A stretch of 64,000 nt of DNA. Origin: an uncultured Candidatus Saccharibacteria bacterium (lineage in GTDB: Bacteria; Patescibacteriota; Dojkabacteria; J137). The translations under genes and the position numbers were made by a program. The notes below the pieces were generated by a model, which saw nothing but the letters and a program-made list of their open reading frames with translations, did no database searches and was not told the origin of the DNA. The stretch lies in contig OZ246402.1 of assembly GCA_965230975.1 (NCBI GenBank), forward strand, positions 229,771-293,770, written 5' to 3'. Shown here piece by piece: positions 50,553-60,621 of this stretch (position 1 is the stretch's first letter; every line of letters begins with the position of its first letter).

Positions 50553-50711
50553 AATTTACATTAATAAAGGATACAATAATATACTACTATTCTTTTGAAG
50601 TACATTTCAACTGAATAATGAACAACTATACATTATATATTATGAGACTTGTAAAATTCTCTATTTTAGATCATACTTTTAAAACTCACTTAAATATTAA
50701 TAAAATCTAAC

Positions 50712-51980
50712 ATGACAAAAGACTCCAAACAATTAAGGTCTTATTTTCACGGTATAGAGCCTCGAAGCTTTATTAAGTTGCTAGCCGTAGTTTTGTTTTT
50801 AGCAATAATTATAACTTTGGCTGTATTAGGTTTTTCATCAGGTTCTAACTCGCTAATTTTAAATCAAATTTCAGGACTAATTTCATCTGGAATAAGTTCA
50901 GTAGAGGCAGAGTCTGGCAGTGTGTCAAACGGGGCTACTATAGTTTCGGATACTTCTGCTTCTGGGGGTAAGTACATCCAATTTGGTTCTACAGCTACTA
51001 CCACAACACCAACTGTAGGTTTTCAACCTTCAGCTCCATATTACGGGTCTTTTTACTACATGTGGTATAAAAACGATTCTGTAGATGGGGCATGGAGTTA
51101 TTGGACAGACAGCTCTAATAACCCTCCTAAGACATGGTTTTCTCATTATATTCCAGATTTTAAACCTGGAGAGTTTACACCTGCCTCAGAGTTGTATAGC
51201 TCTCATTCTTACGATACATTCAAATGGCAAGTATCAAAAATGGCAGAGTCTAAAATGGAATTCGCGATTGCATCTTGGTGGGGAGAAAATAGAAAAGAGG
51301 ATCAAGCTTTTGATAAGATTATCAATGATTTTATGAAAAGAAGCGATAATCCTTATCCTAACTTAAGATGGGCTATTTATTACGAGAATGAAGGCTTTGC
51401 AGATGATTCAACTGCTACTATTGTAAGCAAATTGCAATATTTAAAAAAATATACAGCAAGTAATTACTTCTTAAAAGTAGGTGGTAAACCGGTTATTTTT
51501 GTTTATGCTGGAGCAAATGATGTCCCAGGCACCATGACAAAGAGATGGTACGATGCTAATTCACAGCTAAACAACGAATTTTATATAGTACTAAAAGTAT
51601 TCCCAGGTTATGCAAATGATTCATATCAGCCAGCTTCATGGCATCAATATGCACCAGCTGTAAGATATGGAGTCCACGCACCATATTCTGCATTTGTAAG
51701 TCCAGGATTTTGGCTAGATGACGGATCTGCAGAAAGATTAGAAAGAAATTCTACAGATTTTGAAACAGCTGTTAGAAATATGGTTTCTGTAAGTGCTACA
51801 TGGAAACTTGTAGAGACTTGGAATGAATGGGGTGAGGGAACTTCTGTTGAACCAGGTCAAAGAGTTAAAACTGTAAATGGCAATGAGGTGATAGATGAAA
51901 CAGCTCCTCAATTTGGTAATCTATATATAGATATATTAAATAGACAACTTCCAGCTTTAGAATCGGGCACTGGAAGGTAA
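50712..51980 (+). CDS. Membrane-anchored GH99/GH71-like glycoside hydrolase
   Basis: FYYMWY, SWWG, IYYE, GKPVIFVY, WNEWGEGT. Confidence 0.75.
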   Translation: MTKDSKQLRSYFHGIEPRSFIKLLAVVLFLAIIITLAVLGFSSGSNSLILNQISGLISSGISSVEAESGSVSNGATIVSDTSASGGKYIQFGSTATTTTPTVGFQPSAPYYGSFYYMWYKNDSVDGAWSYWTDSSNNPPKTWFSHYIPDFKPGEFTPASELYSSHSYDTFKWQVSKMAESKMEFAIASWWGENRKEDQAFDKIINDFMKRSDNPYPNLRWAIYYENEGFADDSTATIVSKLQYLKKYTASNYFLKVGGKPVIFVYAGANDVPGTMTKRWYDANSQLNNEFYIVLKVFPGYANDSYQPASWHQYAPAVRYGVHAPYSAFVSPGFWLDDGSAERLERNSTDFETAVRNMVSVSATWKLVETWNEWGEGTSVEPGQRVKTVNGNEVIDETAPQFGNLYIDILNRQLPALESGTGR

Positions 51981-52006
51981 TTATTAATTAATATTATTTA
52001 AAACCT

Positions 52007-54037
52007 ATGTCAAAAATTAAACTATTAAGCATACTGATATCACTTAGTCTATTTTTGGGATTAGCTATCAATGTAAAGGCTCAAGAAGCTCCTATTATAT
52101 TTACTGCTGGTGGTGATATGGGCGATCCATCTAGAACTGAGCCAAAATTAGCTTACCAACAACTTGCTTCAATTAAACCAAGCTTCTTTTTAGCTCTTGG
52201 AGATATGAGTTATGAAAATCCAGGCATGGAACAATCTTGGTGTAATCAAGTTAAGAGCTATTTAGGAAGTGCGAAACTTCAATTAGTAATGGGTAATCAT
52301 GAAGACCAAAGTAAGGTAGATGGTTTTATAGGAGATTATGTTAAATATTGCACAGATAGAATGCCAAATATGGTTGGTACATACGGTGCGGAGTACTATT
52401 TTGATTATCCTGAAACATCACCACTAATGAGGGTTATAATGGTTGGAGCGGCCAATGATTGGGATGTTAATAATAATGGTAGTTTAGAATCAAACGAATA
52501 TTTTGATTATAACACTTCTACTGTTGCATCTAGAGCTCATTTATCATGGTTAGACAATGCAATAGATACTGCAAGAAGTTCTGGTATTAAATGGGTTATT
52601 GTTGGAATGCATAAAAACTGCATTACACTAGGCCAAAAGAGTTGTGAAATTGGTACAGAACTCACTAATCATTTGATTGCAAAAAACGTAGATATTGTAC
52701 TTCAAGGTCATGATCATACTTATCAAAGAACAAAACAATTAGGTTTTAGTTCTAGTTGTAATGGAATTGCAACGGTAAATGCAAACACAAATTGTATTGT
52801 AGATGAAGGGGTAAATAATACTTTTACGAAGGGTAAAGGTACAATAATTGCTATTGCAGGCAATTTTGGAGGATCAAGCTACTATAATGTGAGTGCCACA
52901 GATTCTGAAAAACCATATTTTTTAAAAGCTATGGGTGGTAATGCTTGGTACGATTTTGCAGCAGGGACAACTGGAAGTGATGTTACAAGAGGTTTCTTAA
53001 AATTCACTTTAACTAAAGATACATTGCAGGCAGAATTTGTTAAGACTTCTAAGCCTACAAGCACCTTTTCAGATTCTTTCAAAATTGTAGCAGCTACAAC
53101 AACACCAGATCCAACTCCTACGCCTGACCCAACCCCGACTCCAACGCCTACGCCAACTTGTTCTGAAATAGCACCAACAACTACAGGAAAAGTTACAACA
53201 AGTATAGAAGTTGGAACTGATTCAAACTATAAGTTGTGGACAAGAGTTAACTCAGCAGTTGCCACAGATTATTTATGGGTAAGTGTAGATGGAGGTTGCC
53301 CAAGCAAATTAGGCGGGACTTTAACCCCAAATACATGGACTTGGTCTAGCACTAATCTTTCTGGTACCCCGTTAACCTATAGTTTAACTAAAGGAACTCA
53401 TAATTTAACTTATATAGCTCAAAGCCAAACATCTATAAAATTGGATATTTCGCTTATGTTATCGAATACATGTGTTCCACAAGGGACTGGCACTAATTGT
53501 ACAAAACTAGAAGTACCTACACCTGATCCAACACCGACCCCAACGCCCACTCCTACACCAACGCCAATAGCTACAACAAATAACTTTGCACCTATCGAAG
53601 ATTCTCATGTTAGAGGCGATAAGGAGTCGTCAAATTATGGTAAATCAAATACTTTAGAGGTAGATGGTAGTCCAAAAAAGTACGTCTATATGAAGTTTGA
53701 CTTAAGAAGTTTGGCCGGTAAGACATTTGTAAGTGCAAAACTCAACCTGGCCGTAGTAGACTCATCTTCAAGTAGTCAAACCGTGTATATTGTTACAGAT
53801 GACAGCTGGACAGAAACAGGTTTGACATATAAAAATAGACCTGATTTTGGTACGAGCATAGCTACACTTAAAGGTGGAAAACAAGGCTCTACAATAGAAA
53901 TTAGTCTTGCTTCTGCATTGCAAAGCGAATTTGGAGACTTTGTAACAATTGCTATTGCTTCTAATCAATCAGATGGTTTAGATTTCAGCTCTAGGGAAGG
54001 TGCAAATGCTCCAAAATTAATTGTTGAATCAAAGTAA
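52007..54037 (+). CDS. Secreted metallophosphoesterase with PT linkers and C-terminal beta-sandwich (DNRLRE/CBM96-like) domain
   Basis: GDMG, GD.SY, GNHE, GHDH; PT repeats; NYG...L.V, YMKFDL, P.L.V. Confidence 0.8.
   Translation: MSKIKLLSILISLSLFLGLAINVKAQEAPIIFTAGGDMGDPSRTEPKLAYQQLASIKPSFFLALGDMSYENPGMEQSWCNQVKSYLGSAKLQLVMGNHEDQSKVDGFIGDYVKYCTDRMPNMVGTYGAEYYFDYPETSPLMRVIMVGAANDWDVNNNGSLESNEYFDYNTSTVASRAHLSWLDNAIDTARSSGIKWVIVGMHKNCITLGQKSCEIGTELTNHLIAKNVDIVLQGHDHTYQRTKQLGFSSSCNGIATVNANTNCIVDEGVNNTFTKGKGTIIAIAGNFGGSSYYNVSATDSEKPYFLKAMGGNAWYDFAAGTTGSDVTRGFLKFTLTKDTLQAEFVKTSKPTSTFSDSFKIVAATTTPDPTPTPDPTPTPTPTPTCSEIAPTTTGKVTTSIEVGTDSNYKLWTRVNSAVATDYLWVSVDGGCPSKLGGTLTPNTWTWSSTNLSGTPLTYSLTKGTHNLTYIAQSQTSIKLDISLMLSNTCVPQGTGTNCTKLEVPTPDPTPTPTPTPTPTPIATTNNFAPIEDSHVRGDKESSNYGKSNTLEVDGSPKKYVYMKFDLRSLAGKTFVSAKLNLAVVDSSSSSQTVYIVTDDSWTETGLTYKNRPDFGTSIATLKGGKQGSTIEISLASALQSEFGDFVTIAIASNQSDGLDFSSREGANAPKLIVESK
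53102..53158 (+). repeat. Pro-Thr linker repeat 1
   Basis: TPDPTPTPDPTPTPTPTPT. Confidence 0.85.
53515..53567 (+). repeat. Pro-Thr linker repeat 2
   Basis: PTPDPTPTPTPTPTPTP. Confidence 0.85.
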
Positions 54038-54052
54038 ATTAAGGGTTTAATC

Positions 54053-54078
54053 AAGGCCGAGACAATAGTCTCGGCCTT
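54053..54078 (+). terminator. Intrinsic terminator hairpin
   Basis: AAGGCCGAGAC-AATA-GTCTCGGCCTT followed by a T-rich tract. Confidence 0.8.
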
Positions 54079-54238
54079 ATCTTATTTACAAACTGTATTG
54101 ATTTGAATGTCTTGAATCTACATGTATGCACTCATCTGTGTTAAAATCACATGTCGCAAAGTTACTTTAGATTTGCTTTAAATATAGTTTAAAACTTATT
54201 AAGGTAACAATAATTAAATATAAAAACAAACTATAATA

Positions 54239-55810
54239 ATGCCAAAAAACGCAAAATCAGAACAAAAAGGAATTAGAACACCAGTTGTAGCAGTAATGGG
54301 TCATGTAGACCACGGTAAAACATCACTTTTAGATGCTATTAGAGGCACAAAAGTTGCAGATAAAGAAGCAGGTGGGATTACTCAAAATACTAGAGCTCAC
54401 GAAGTAGTTACAGATTCTGGTTTTAGAGTTACATTTATAGATACACCGGGCCACGAGGCTTTCTCAAACATGAGACTTAGAGGTTCTAGGGTTACAGATT
54501 TTGTTTTATTAGTTGTAGCTGCTGATGATGGTGTTCAGCCTCAAACAAAAGAATCTATTGAGTTTGCCAAAAAAGCAGGAGTGCCAATTATTGTGGCATT
54601 AAATAAAATTGATATAAAAGGTATTAATACTCAAAAAATTAAAACAGAGCTTTCTAGTTTTGGTGTTATGGTAGAAGAATACGGAGGAGATGCATTGTTA
54701 TTTGAAGTTTCTGCAAAAGAAAAAAAAGGTTTAAAAGAATTGTTAGATGGTATTCAGTTACTTTCAGAAATTAACGAATTAAAATCTAAAGAACCAAGAG
54801 TTGGAACTCAAGCAGAAGCTTTTGTTTTAGAATCTAATTTAGATAAATTTGTTGGTAATGTAGCACTTACAATTTTGAAAGCTGGCAAATTAACAGAAAG
54901 GTCTTTTGGTGTTACCAAAGATTTTACTTTCAAAGTAAGAGCATATTTAGACCATAATCAAAAGCCAATCAATAGTGTTTTAGAATCTCAACCTTTTTGG
55001 GTCACAGGTTTAAAACATACAGTTTCTACTGGTTCTACAATTTATTTTGTAGAAGATGAGGTTAAGGCTTTAGAACTTCAAAAGCAATTAGCCGTTGAAG
55101 CAGAAAAGAGTGTTGAAGTACCACCAGAGATTGAGGGTTTAGATCCAGAATCTTTATTTGCACAATTATTAATTCAGAAAGAGGAAATTAAACAAGGTAT
55201 ACAACAAAAAGAGTTAAATGTGATTGTAAAGTCATCTACCGAAGGTACTTTAGAAGCTATTTTAGAAAAGTTAAAAACTATTTCTAATGACGAAGCTAAA
55301 GTAAGAATTTTGGCAAGTGGTACAGGTAATGTTACAGAAGATGAGATTTCTAGAGCAAAATTGGCAAAAGCTATTGTTGTTACTTTCCAATTGCCTCCTA
55401 CTTCAAAAATTGAAGGAATTGCAAGAACTGAAAGAGTTTTGGTTAGAAACTACGAGGTTGTTTATGAGTTGTTTGATGAGGTTCAAGAGGTTTTAGATAG
55501 TATGGGTACTCCAATTGAAGAGGAGTTAGAAGTTTCTGCTTTAAGAATCAAACAGGTGTTTACTTTATCTAATGGAGATTTTGTTTTTGGTGGAGAGGTT
55601 GTTAGAGGTACTATTTTGAAAGGTTACAGAGTTAAGATTATGAGAGGTGAGACTGAAATTGGTAGAGGTAAAATCTCTTCTTTGAAAATTAGAAAAGACG
55701 AAGTTAAAGAGGTTAAAAAAGGTTTAGAATGCGGAATTATTTTAGATACTAAAGTTGAAGGGGTACAGGAAGGTGACGAAGTAGTAGCGTTTAGAGTAGA
55801 GGTGTATTGA
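54239..55810 (+). CDS. infB: Translation initiation factor IF-2 (lacks N-terminal domain)
   Basis: GHVDHGKT, GGITQ, DTPGHEAF, NKID, GLECGI. Confidence 0.96.
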   Translation: MPKNAKSEQKGIRTPVVAVMGHVDHGKTSLLDAIRGTKVADKEAGGITQNTRAHEVVTDSGFRVTFIDTPGHEAFSNMRLRGSRVTDFVLLVVAADDGVQPQTKESIEFAKKAGVPIIVALNKIDIKGINTQKIKTELSSFGVMVEEYGGDALLFEVSAKEKKGLKELLDGIQLLSEINELKSKEPRVGTQAEAFVLESNLDKFVGNVALTILKAGKLTERSFGVTKDFTFKVRAYLDHNQKPINSVLESQPFWVTGLKHTVSTGSTIYFVEDEVKALELQKQLAVEAEKSVEVPPEIEGLDPESLFAQLLIQKEEIKQGIQQKELNVIVKSSTEGTLEAILEKLKTISNDEAKVRILASGTGNVTEDEISRAKLAKAIVVTFQLPPTSKIEGIARTERVLVRNYEVVYELFDEVQEVLDSMGTPIEEELEVSALRIKQVFTLSNGDFVFGGEVVRGTILKGYRVKIMRGETEIGRGKISSLKIRKDEVKEVKKGLECGIILDTKVEGVQEGDEVVAFRVEVY

Positions 55811-55829
55811 GTTTACTACCATTAATACA

Positions 55830-56738
55830 TTATAAATCTGTTTTTGAGACTATATATTCTTCGATCTGGGTAATATATTCGTTATGTAGATTTCTTAAAT
55901 ATGAAATCCCCAGGGTAGGAGTTCTTTTTAGAATTTCCAAGTGATTCTTGAGTGTTTCTAAAGTTATGCCTTTCTCACCTAAAACTACTTCATCTTTTAT
56001 AGTCCCATTGAGAATATCTATATCAAACATGCAAGAGTTAATTCTTGACAGATGAATAACTTTTAGTTCCTTTAAAACGATAATTAGCGCAAGTCTTTCA
56101 GCTATCCTTATACCTAATGGCATCAATAGTTCTTGAATTCGATATCTGATAGAGTTTATTAAATTCAAATCGTTTTCATTAGTGATGGAGCTTAATGCTT
56201 CCAACTCTGTTTTTAAAGTATGTAGCATTGAAGAATCTATAACAGCATAAAGTTGATTAGGTTCAAGGTTGGTCCAAATATAGTCAAAATTCACGCTTTC
56301 GAGTACAGATTTCCGAACATCTCTTCTGCTTCCAGGTCCCAGTAATTGAGAGGTTAAATTCATTGGTCGAGCCACATGATATCTATAGTCTTTATTATTT
56401 CGGTTTCCGAAGCTACTCTTATTCGTAGTTGGTTTTATTAGTGGAATAGGCAATCCCCATTTGAGATATTTTATTTTACTACTGTACTCTTGATCCCTCC
56501 AGATAGTCACCCTTTTTGGCTCCTTGGCATAAGAGTATGATTCACTTAAGCTGTCGGTAAAGGTGTCATAATTTTTTTTACTTATAAAACCTGAGGTCTC
56601 AAATGATTGAGCATCTGTCTCTGGGTCTGTTATTCCGTGATATTTGAATGAGTCAGAAAGTATGAAACCTTCTTCGATATTTTCTAGAGTAATTGGGAGA
56701 TCATAATTATAGTTATCAATTATATCTATTTTGTTCAT
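55830..56738 (-). CDS. Hypothetical protein
   Basis: 302-aa ORF, no recognised motif. Confidence 0.65.
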   Translation of the reverse strand: MNKIDIIDNYNYDLPITLENIEEGFILSDSFKYHGITDPETDAQSFETSGFISKKNYDTFTDSLSESYSYAKEPKRVTIWRDQEYSSKIKYLKWGLPIPLIKPTTNKSSFGNRNNKDYRYHVARPMNLTSQLLGPGSRRDVRKSVLESVNFDYIWTNLEPNQLYAVIDSSMLHTLKTELEALSSITNENDLNLINSIRYRIQELLMPLGIRIAERLALIIVLKELKVIHLSRINSCMFDIDILNGTIKDEVVLGEKGITLETLKNHLEILKRTPTLGISYLRNLHNEYITQIEEYIVSKTDL

Positions 56739-56777
56739 TAATAATAAAATAAGTATATATAAATTTATTATTTTATC

Positions 56778-57692
56778 TTACTTCCCCTCTAACCACTTTT
56801 CAACTTCTATTGCTGCTTTGCAGCCTGCACCAGCTGCTGTAATAGCTTGTCTATACCTATGATCTTCTACATCTCCGGCAACAAAGATGCCTTCTGCATT
56901 TGTATGAACACCGTCAGTTGATTTAACATAACCTTGCTCATCAAGTTCAACTACATTATTTAGGTAAGAAGTTACAGGAATATGACCAATAGCTAAAAAG
57001 AAACCATCTACTACAAGATCTTTTTCTTCGTTAGTTTTATTGTCTTTTAATTTAATTGAATCAACTTTTTGATCTCCATTAATTTCTAAAACCTCTGTAT
57101 TTAAAATCATTTCAACCTTTGGATTATTTTTAACTCTATCAATCATAATCTTAGTTGCTCTAAATTCTTCTCTTCTATGAATCAAATACAACTTGCTTGC
57201 AAACCGAGTTAAGAAAGAAGCCTCTTCCATAGCACTATCTCCACCACCAACAACGGCAACCACTTTATCTTTATAAAAAGCACCATCACAAGTTGCACAA
57301 GTAGAAACACCTCTGCCATAAAATTTATCCTCTCCGGAAATACCAAGTTTTCTTGGAGTAGCACCAGTAGCTATAATAATGGCTTTGGCTTCGAATGTAG
57401 CACCAGATCCTGTAGTCACTCTTTTTGTTTCTCCTAATTCTTCAACCTTAGAAGCATTTTCATAAACCATCTGTGCCCCAAACCTTTCAGCTTGTTTAAC
57501 CATGTTATCCATTAATTGAGGACCGGCAATACCATCTATAAACCCAGGAAAATTTTCAATATCTGTAGTATTCATTAATTGACCACCATACTGAAAACCG
57601 GCAATAACAATAGGTTTAAGATTTGCACGAGCAGAGTATATTGCTGCTGTTAAACCTGCTGGACCGGACCCAATAATGATAACTTCGTTCAT
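56778..57692 (-). CDS. trxB: Thioredoxin reductase
   Basis: GSGPAG, CATC, GGGDSA, YRQAITAA. Confidence 0.97.
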   Translation of the reverse strand: MNEVIIIGSGPAGLTAAIYSARANLKPIVIAGFQYGGQLMNTTDIENFPGFIDGIAGPQLMDNMVKQAERFGAQMVYENASKVEELGETKRVTTGSGATFEAKAIIIATGATPRKLGISGEDKFYGRGVSTCATCDGAFYKDKVVAVVGGGDSAMEEASFLTRFASKLYLIHRREEFRATKIMIDRVKNNPKVEMILNTEVLEINGDQKVDSIKLKDNKTNEEKDLVVDGFFLAIGHIPVTSYLNNVVELDEQGYVKSTDGVHTNAEGIFVAGDVEDHRYRQAITAAGAGCKAAIEVEKWLEGK

Positions 57693-57745
57693 TTTACTTG
57701 TAATAAAATAATTAATTTAAATTCTTTAGTTAAATTACTAAACAA

Positions 57746-58120
57746 TTAATTTGCACTAATTCCAAAAGCAGAAGTAAAGTTTCTTTCAAATACTGATTCT
57801 TCGTATGCACCTCTTTGCTCTCCAATAATCTCTCCATTTCTAAAGAAATATAACTGAGGTATGCTCATTATTCTGTATTTCATTGAAAGGTTTGGATTTT
57901 TGTCTGTATCAACTTTTACAAATTTAATTTTGCCATTATATTTTTCTGCAAATTTTTTGACTTGAGGAGCTATCATTCTGCAAGGCCCACACCATTCTGC
58001 CCAAAAGTCTACTACAACATCTCCCTCTTTGATTATTGAATCAAAGTCAGCATCTGTTGCGTGAATAACTAAATCTTGTTCGCTTGTCCCGTTTGCTTGG
58101 TTTCCATTTGCTGGATTCAT
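57746..58120 (-). CDS. trxA: Thioredoxin
   Basis: WCGPC. Confidence 0.95.
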   Translation of the reverse strand: MNPANGNQANGTSEQDLVIHATDADFDSIIKEGDVVVDFWAEWCGPCRMIAPQVKKFAEKYNGKIKFVKVDTDKNPNLSMKYRIMSIPQLYFFRNGEIIGEQRGAYEESVFERNFTSAFGISAN

Positions 58121-58188
58121 AATATTTGTTTAAAAAGTATAATATATTTTATATCTTGCTAAAAAGCATAGATTACTAGAACATATAA

Positions 58189-58449
58189 TTATGTAAGTTT
58201 AAAAAATTTTGAAACTAAATTTTCGAACGATTTTATTTTATCTTCAGGTTTAGATTTGTCAAAGCAATTATTAGTTTCCTCTTTTAATAATTCAATTGCA
58301 AGAGAGGATAGAGCATTACGTGTAGCTTGAATAAGCTCTACAATTTTTACATAATCTTCACCTTCGTCTATCATTTTGCCTACGGCATTAAACTGACCAT
58401 TAACCCGGTTAAATTGTTTTTTAATTTCTACACAACTTGAATTTGACAT
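58189..58449 (-). CDS. CsoR/RcnR-family repressor
   Basis: R..GQ...V..MI, A.R.AL, LL......C; adjacent CsoR-type operator. Confidence 0.85.
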   Translation of the reverse strand: MSNSSCVEIKKQFNRVNGQFNAVGKMIDEGEDYVKIVELIQATRNALSSLAIELLKEETNNCFDKSKPEDKIKSFENLVSKFFKLT

Positions 58450-58454
58450 AAATT

Positions 58455-58483
58455 ATCATACCCCCAGGGGGTATGTTTGTCAA
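58455..58483 (-). promoter_or_regulatory. TTGACA-N17-TATGAT promoter containing CsoR-type operator CATACCCCC-A-GGGGGTATG
   Basis: Perfect inverted repeat 58457-58475 covering the spacer and part of the -10. Confidence 0.88.
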
Positions 58484-58525
58484 ATTCATGGTAGAATATT
58501 TTTAGATAGTTGTTAACTTGATATT

Positions 58526-59227
58526 ATGGAACCATTGGGGCAAACGTGCAAAGAACTTCATTACAAATTTTTAAAAATTGTTAGAAATAAACAATCATCT
58601 TTTAGAATAAAATTTAATGGAAAAGTTATTTATATAGATCCAATTCAAATTTCAGAAGAAAATCATGACGCAGATTTTGTTTTTATAACACATGAACATT
58701 CTGACCATTTTGATCAAAAATCTATTGTTAAAATTATTAATCCTCAAACAATTATTATTTGCAATCAAATAGTTGCCAAAATTATTTTAGATGAATCTAT
58801 ACAAGATCCTCATTATTTACAGATTTTAAATCCTGGTCAAACAAAAATACTAAACGAGCATATAAGTATAGAAACAAAACCTGCATATAATCTGAATAAA
58901 TTTAAATATGCGGGTATTTTATATCATCCTAAAGAAAATAATGGGTTGGGTTTTATAATAACAATCTCTTTAAACGAAGATAAAGTTAAGATTTATCACA
59001 TGGGAGATACCGACTTTATTGCCAAAGATCAAAAAATAGAAGGGGTAGATCTTTTAATGATTCCAGTAGGTGGAACATATGTAATGACTTGGCAAGAGGC
59101 AGTAACTGCTAATAATGAAATAAAACCATTGGTTTCCGTACCAATGCACTTTGATTTAGGTGCTGGAAGTATTGAAGATGCATCTAATTTTGTTAATGAA
59201 ATAGAAAATCAAGGAGAAATAATTTAA
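58526..59227 (+). CDS. MBL-fold metallo-hydrolase
   Basis: IDP, THEHSDH, YHMGDT, PVGG, PMH. Confidence 0.88.
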   Translation: MEPLGQTCKELHYKFLKIVRNKQSSFRIKFNGKVIYIDPIQISEENHDADFVFITHEHSDHFDQKSIVKIINPQTIIICNQIVAKIILDESIQDPHYLQILNPGQTKILNEHISIETKPAYNLNKFKYAGILYHPKENNGLGFIITISLNEDKVKIYHMGDTDFIAKDQKIEGVDLLMIPVGGTYVMTWQEAVTANNEIKPLVSVPMHFDLGAGSIEDASNFVNEIENQGEII

Positions 59228-59336
59228 ACTTAGTAGATTACAGATAAATATATTCCAAGTGTTTGTAATAGTGTAAAACTTGTTGAAACTTACCTTACGT
59301 TATACAATAGATAAGACTTTTAAGTTTTAAATTCAG

Positions 59337-60596
59337 ATGAATATTACACAAAAAATAATCACAATAGTAATAGCTGTTGTTCTGTTATTTTCTGGTATAG
59401 TCACTCCAATAGCAAGTATTAAAGCAGAAACCCCTCAAGAAAGATTAGAGGCTTTACAAAGAGAACTAGATCGAATCAAATCTGAAAAATCTGCTTTACA
59501 AAATCAACTTAATAATAATAATTACACTATATCCGGTTACAACTCTCAGGTATCTAAACTTCAAGGTGAGATTGCTTTATACCAAAAAGATATAGATGCA
59601 TTGGCAATTGAGATAGAACAGCTTGAAACAACAATAGAAGATTTAAATAACCAAATAACCCAAATGCGGGGTGATATTAAATCTACAGAAACCGTTGTAA
59701 CAGATTTAGATATAAAGTCTAATAATCGAATAAGAAATAGTTACATGAATTACAGAATGTATGGGACTACAGATCCAGGCACTTCTGCAATAATCATAAA
59801 CGATATAAATCGATTTTTTAAAGAATCTCAATATAAAGAATTAATACAAGAAGATACAAACGAAATGCTTGTTCAGCTTGCAAGACTTAAACAAGAGTTA
59901 GAAGTTAAAAAAGCAGAGTTAGAAGAAAGCTTAATTCAAGTTGAAAAAGATAAAGAATTGGTAGACATAAAAAAGCTAGATTTAGATAAGAAAAAAGAAG
60001 ATATTCAAGAAAATTTGAATAAATATTATTCAGAAGTTGCAAGATTACAAGCCGCAAATAATCAAAGTCAAAGTAGCTTAAAGTCTTTATCTGACGAAGA
60101 AAGAATGCTTAGCGCAAAAGCAGAATTAATAAAACAAGAAATTATGATGTCTGTAAGCTACGGCACCTGGGTTTTGGCCGGTACTATAATTGGTTTTCAA
60201 GGGTGTACAGGTTATTGCTTTGGGGAACATTTGCATTTTTCGGTTTATTATAATGGTGTTGCAGTAAATCCATGTGGAGTAATTCAACCAACCGGTGGTT
60301 GTGGTGGTAACGGATACCCATTACAAGCTCCAGTTAGAGGTAGCGTATCTTTTAATAGTGGTTTTGGTTGGAGATCTTTTGATAATGCATTTCACGATGG
60401 AATAGATGTTACTGGAATGCCGCTTGGTGCGCCAATTTATGCTGCACATGATGGTTATGTAACTAGAGGTTTAGATTGTTGGCATAGAGATAGAGGTTAC
60501 CCAACAAATGGGTGTGCAACTTATGTAAAAATATCACAAAATAACGGTAGTAATTCAGGTTATGTAACAGGTTATTGGCACTTAAAAGCGTTCTAA
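59337..60596 (+). CDS. Secreted coiled-coil protein with circularly permuted M23 peptidase domain
   Basis: Signal peptide, long coiled coil, HLHF before HDGID. Confidence 0.82.
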   Translation: MNITQKIITIVIAVVLLFSGIVTPIASIKAETPQERLEALQRELDRIKSEKSALQNQLNNNNYTISGYNSQVSKLQGEIALYQKDIDALAIEIEQLETTIEDLNNQITQMRGDIKSTETVVTDLDIKSNNRIRNSYMNYRMYGTTDPGTSAIIINDINRFFKESQYKELIQEDTNEMLVQLARLKQELEVKKAELEESLIQVEKDKELVDIKKLDLDKKKEDIQENLNKYYSEVARLQAANNQSQSSLKSLSDEERMLSAKAELIKQEIMMSVSYGTWVLAGTIIGFQGCTGYCFGEHLHFSVYYNGVAVNPCGVIQPTGGCGGNGYPLQAPVRGSVSFNSGFGWRSFDNAFHDGIDVTGMPLGAPIYAAHDGYVTRGLDCWHRDRGYPTNGCATYVKISQNNGSNSGYVTGYWHLKAF

Positions 60597-60621
60597 ATTA
60601 AGCTAGAATTTATTAAATCTA

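Noticed and set aside
54152-54173. TGTCGC-N10-TAGATT upstream of infB
   Set aside because: Single hexamer differing from the TGTAAG consensus; plausibly chance.
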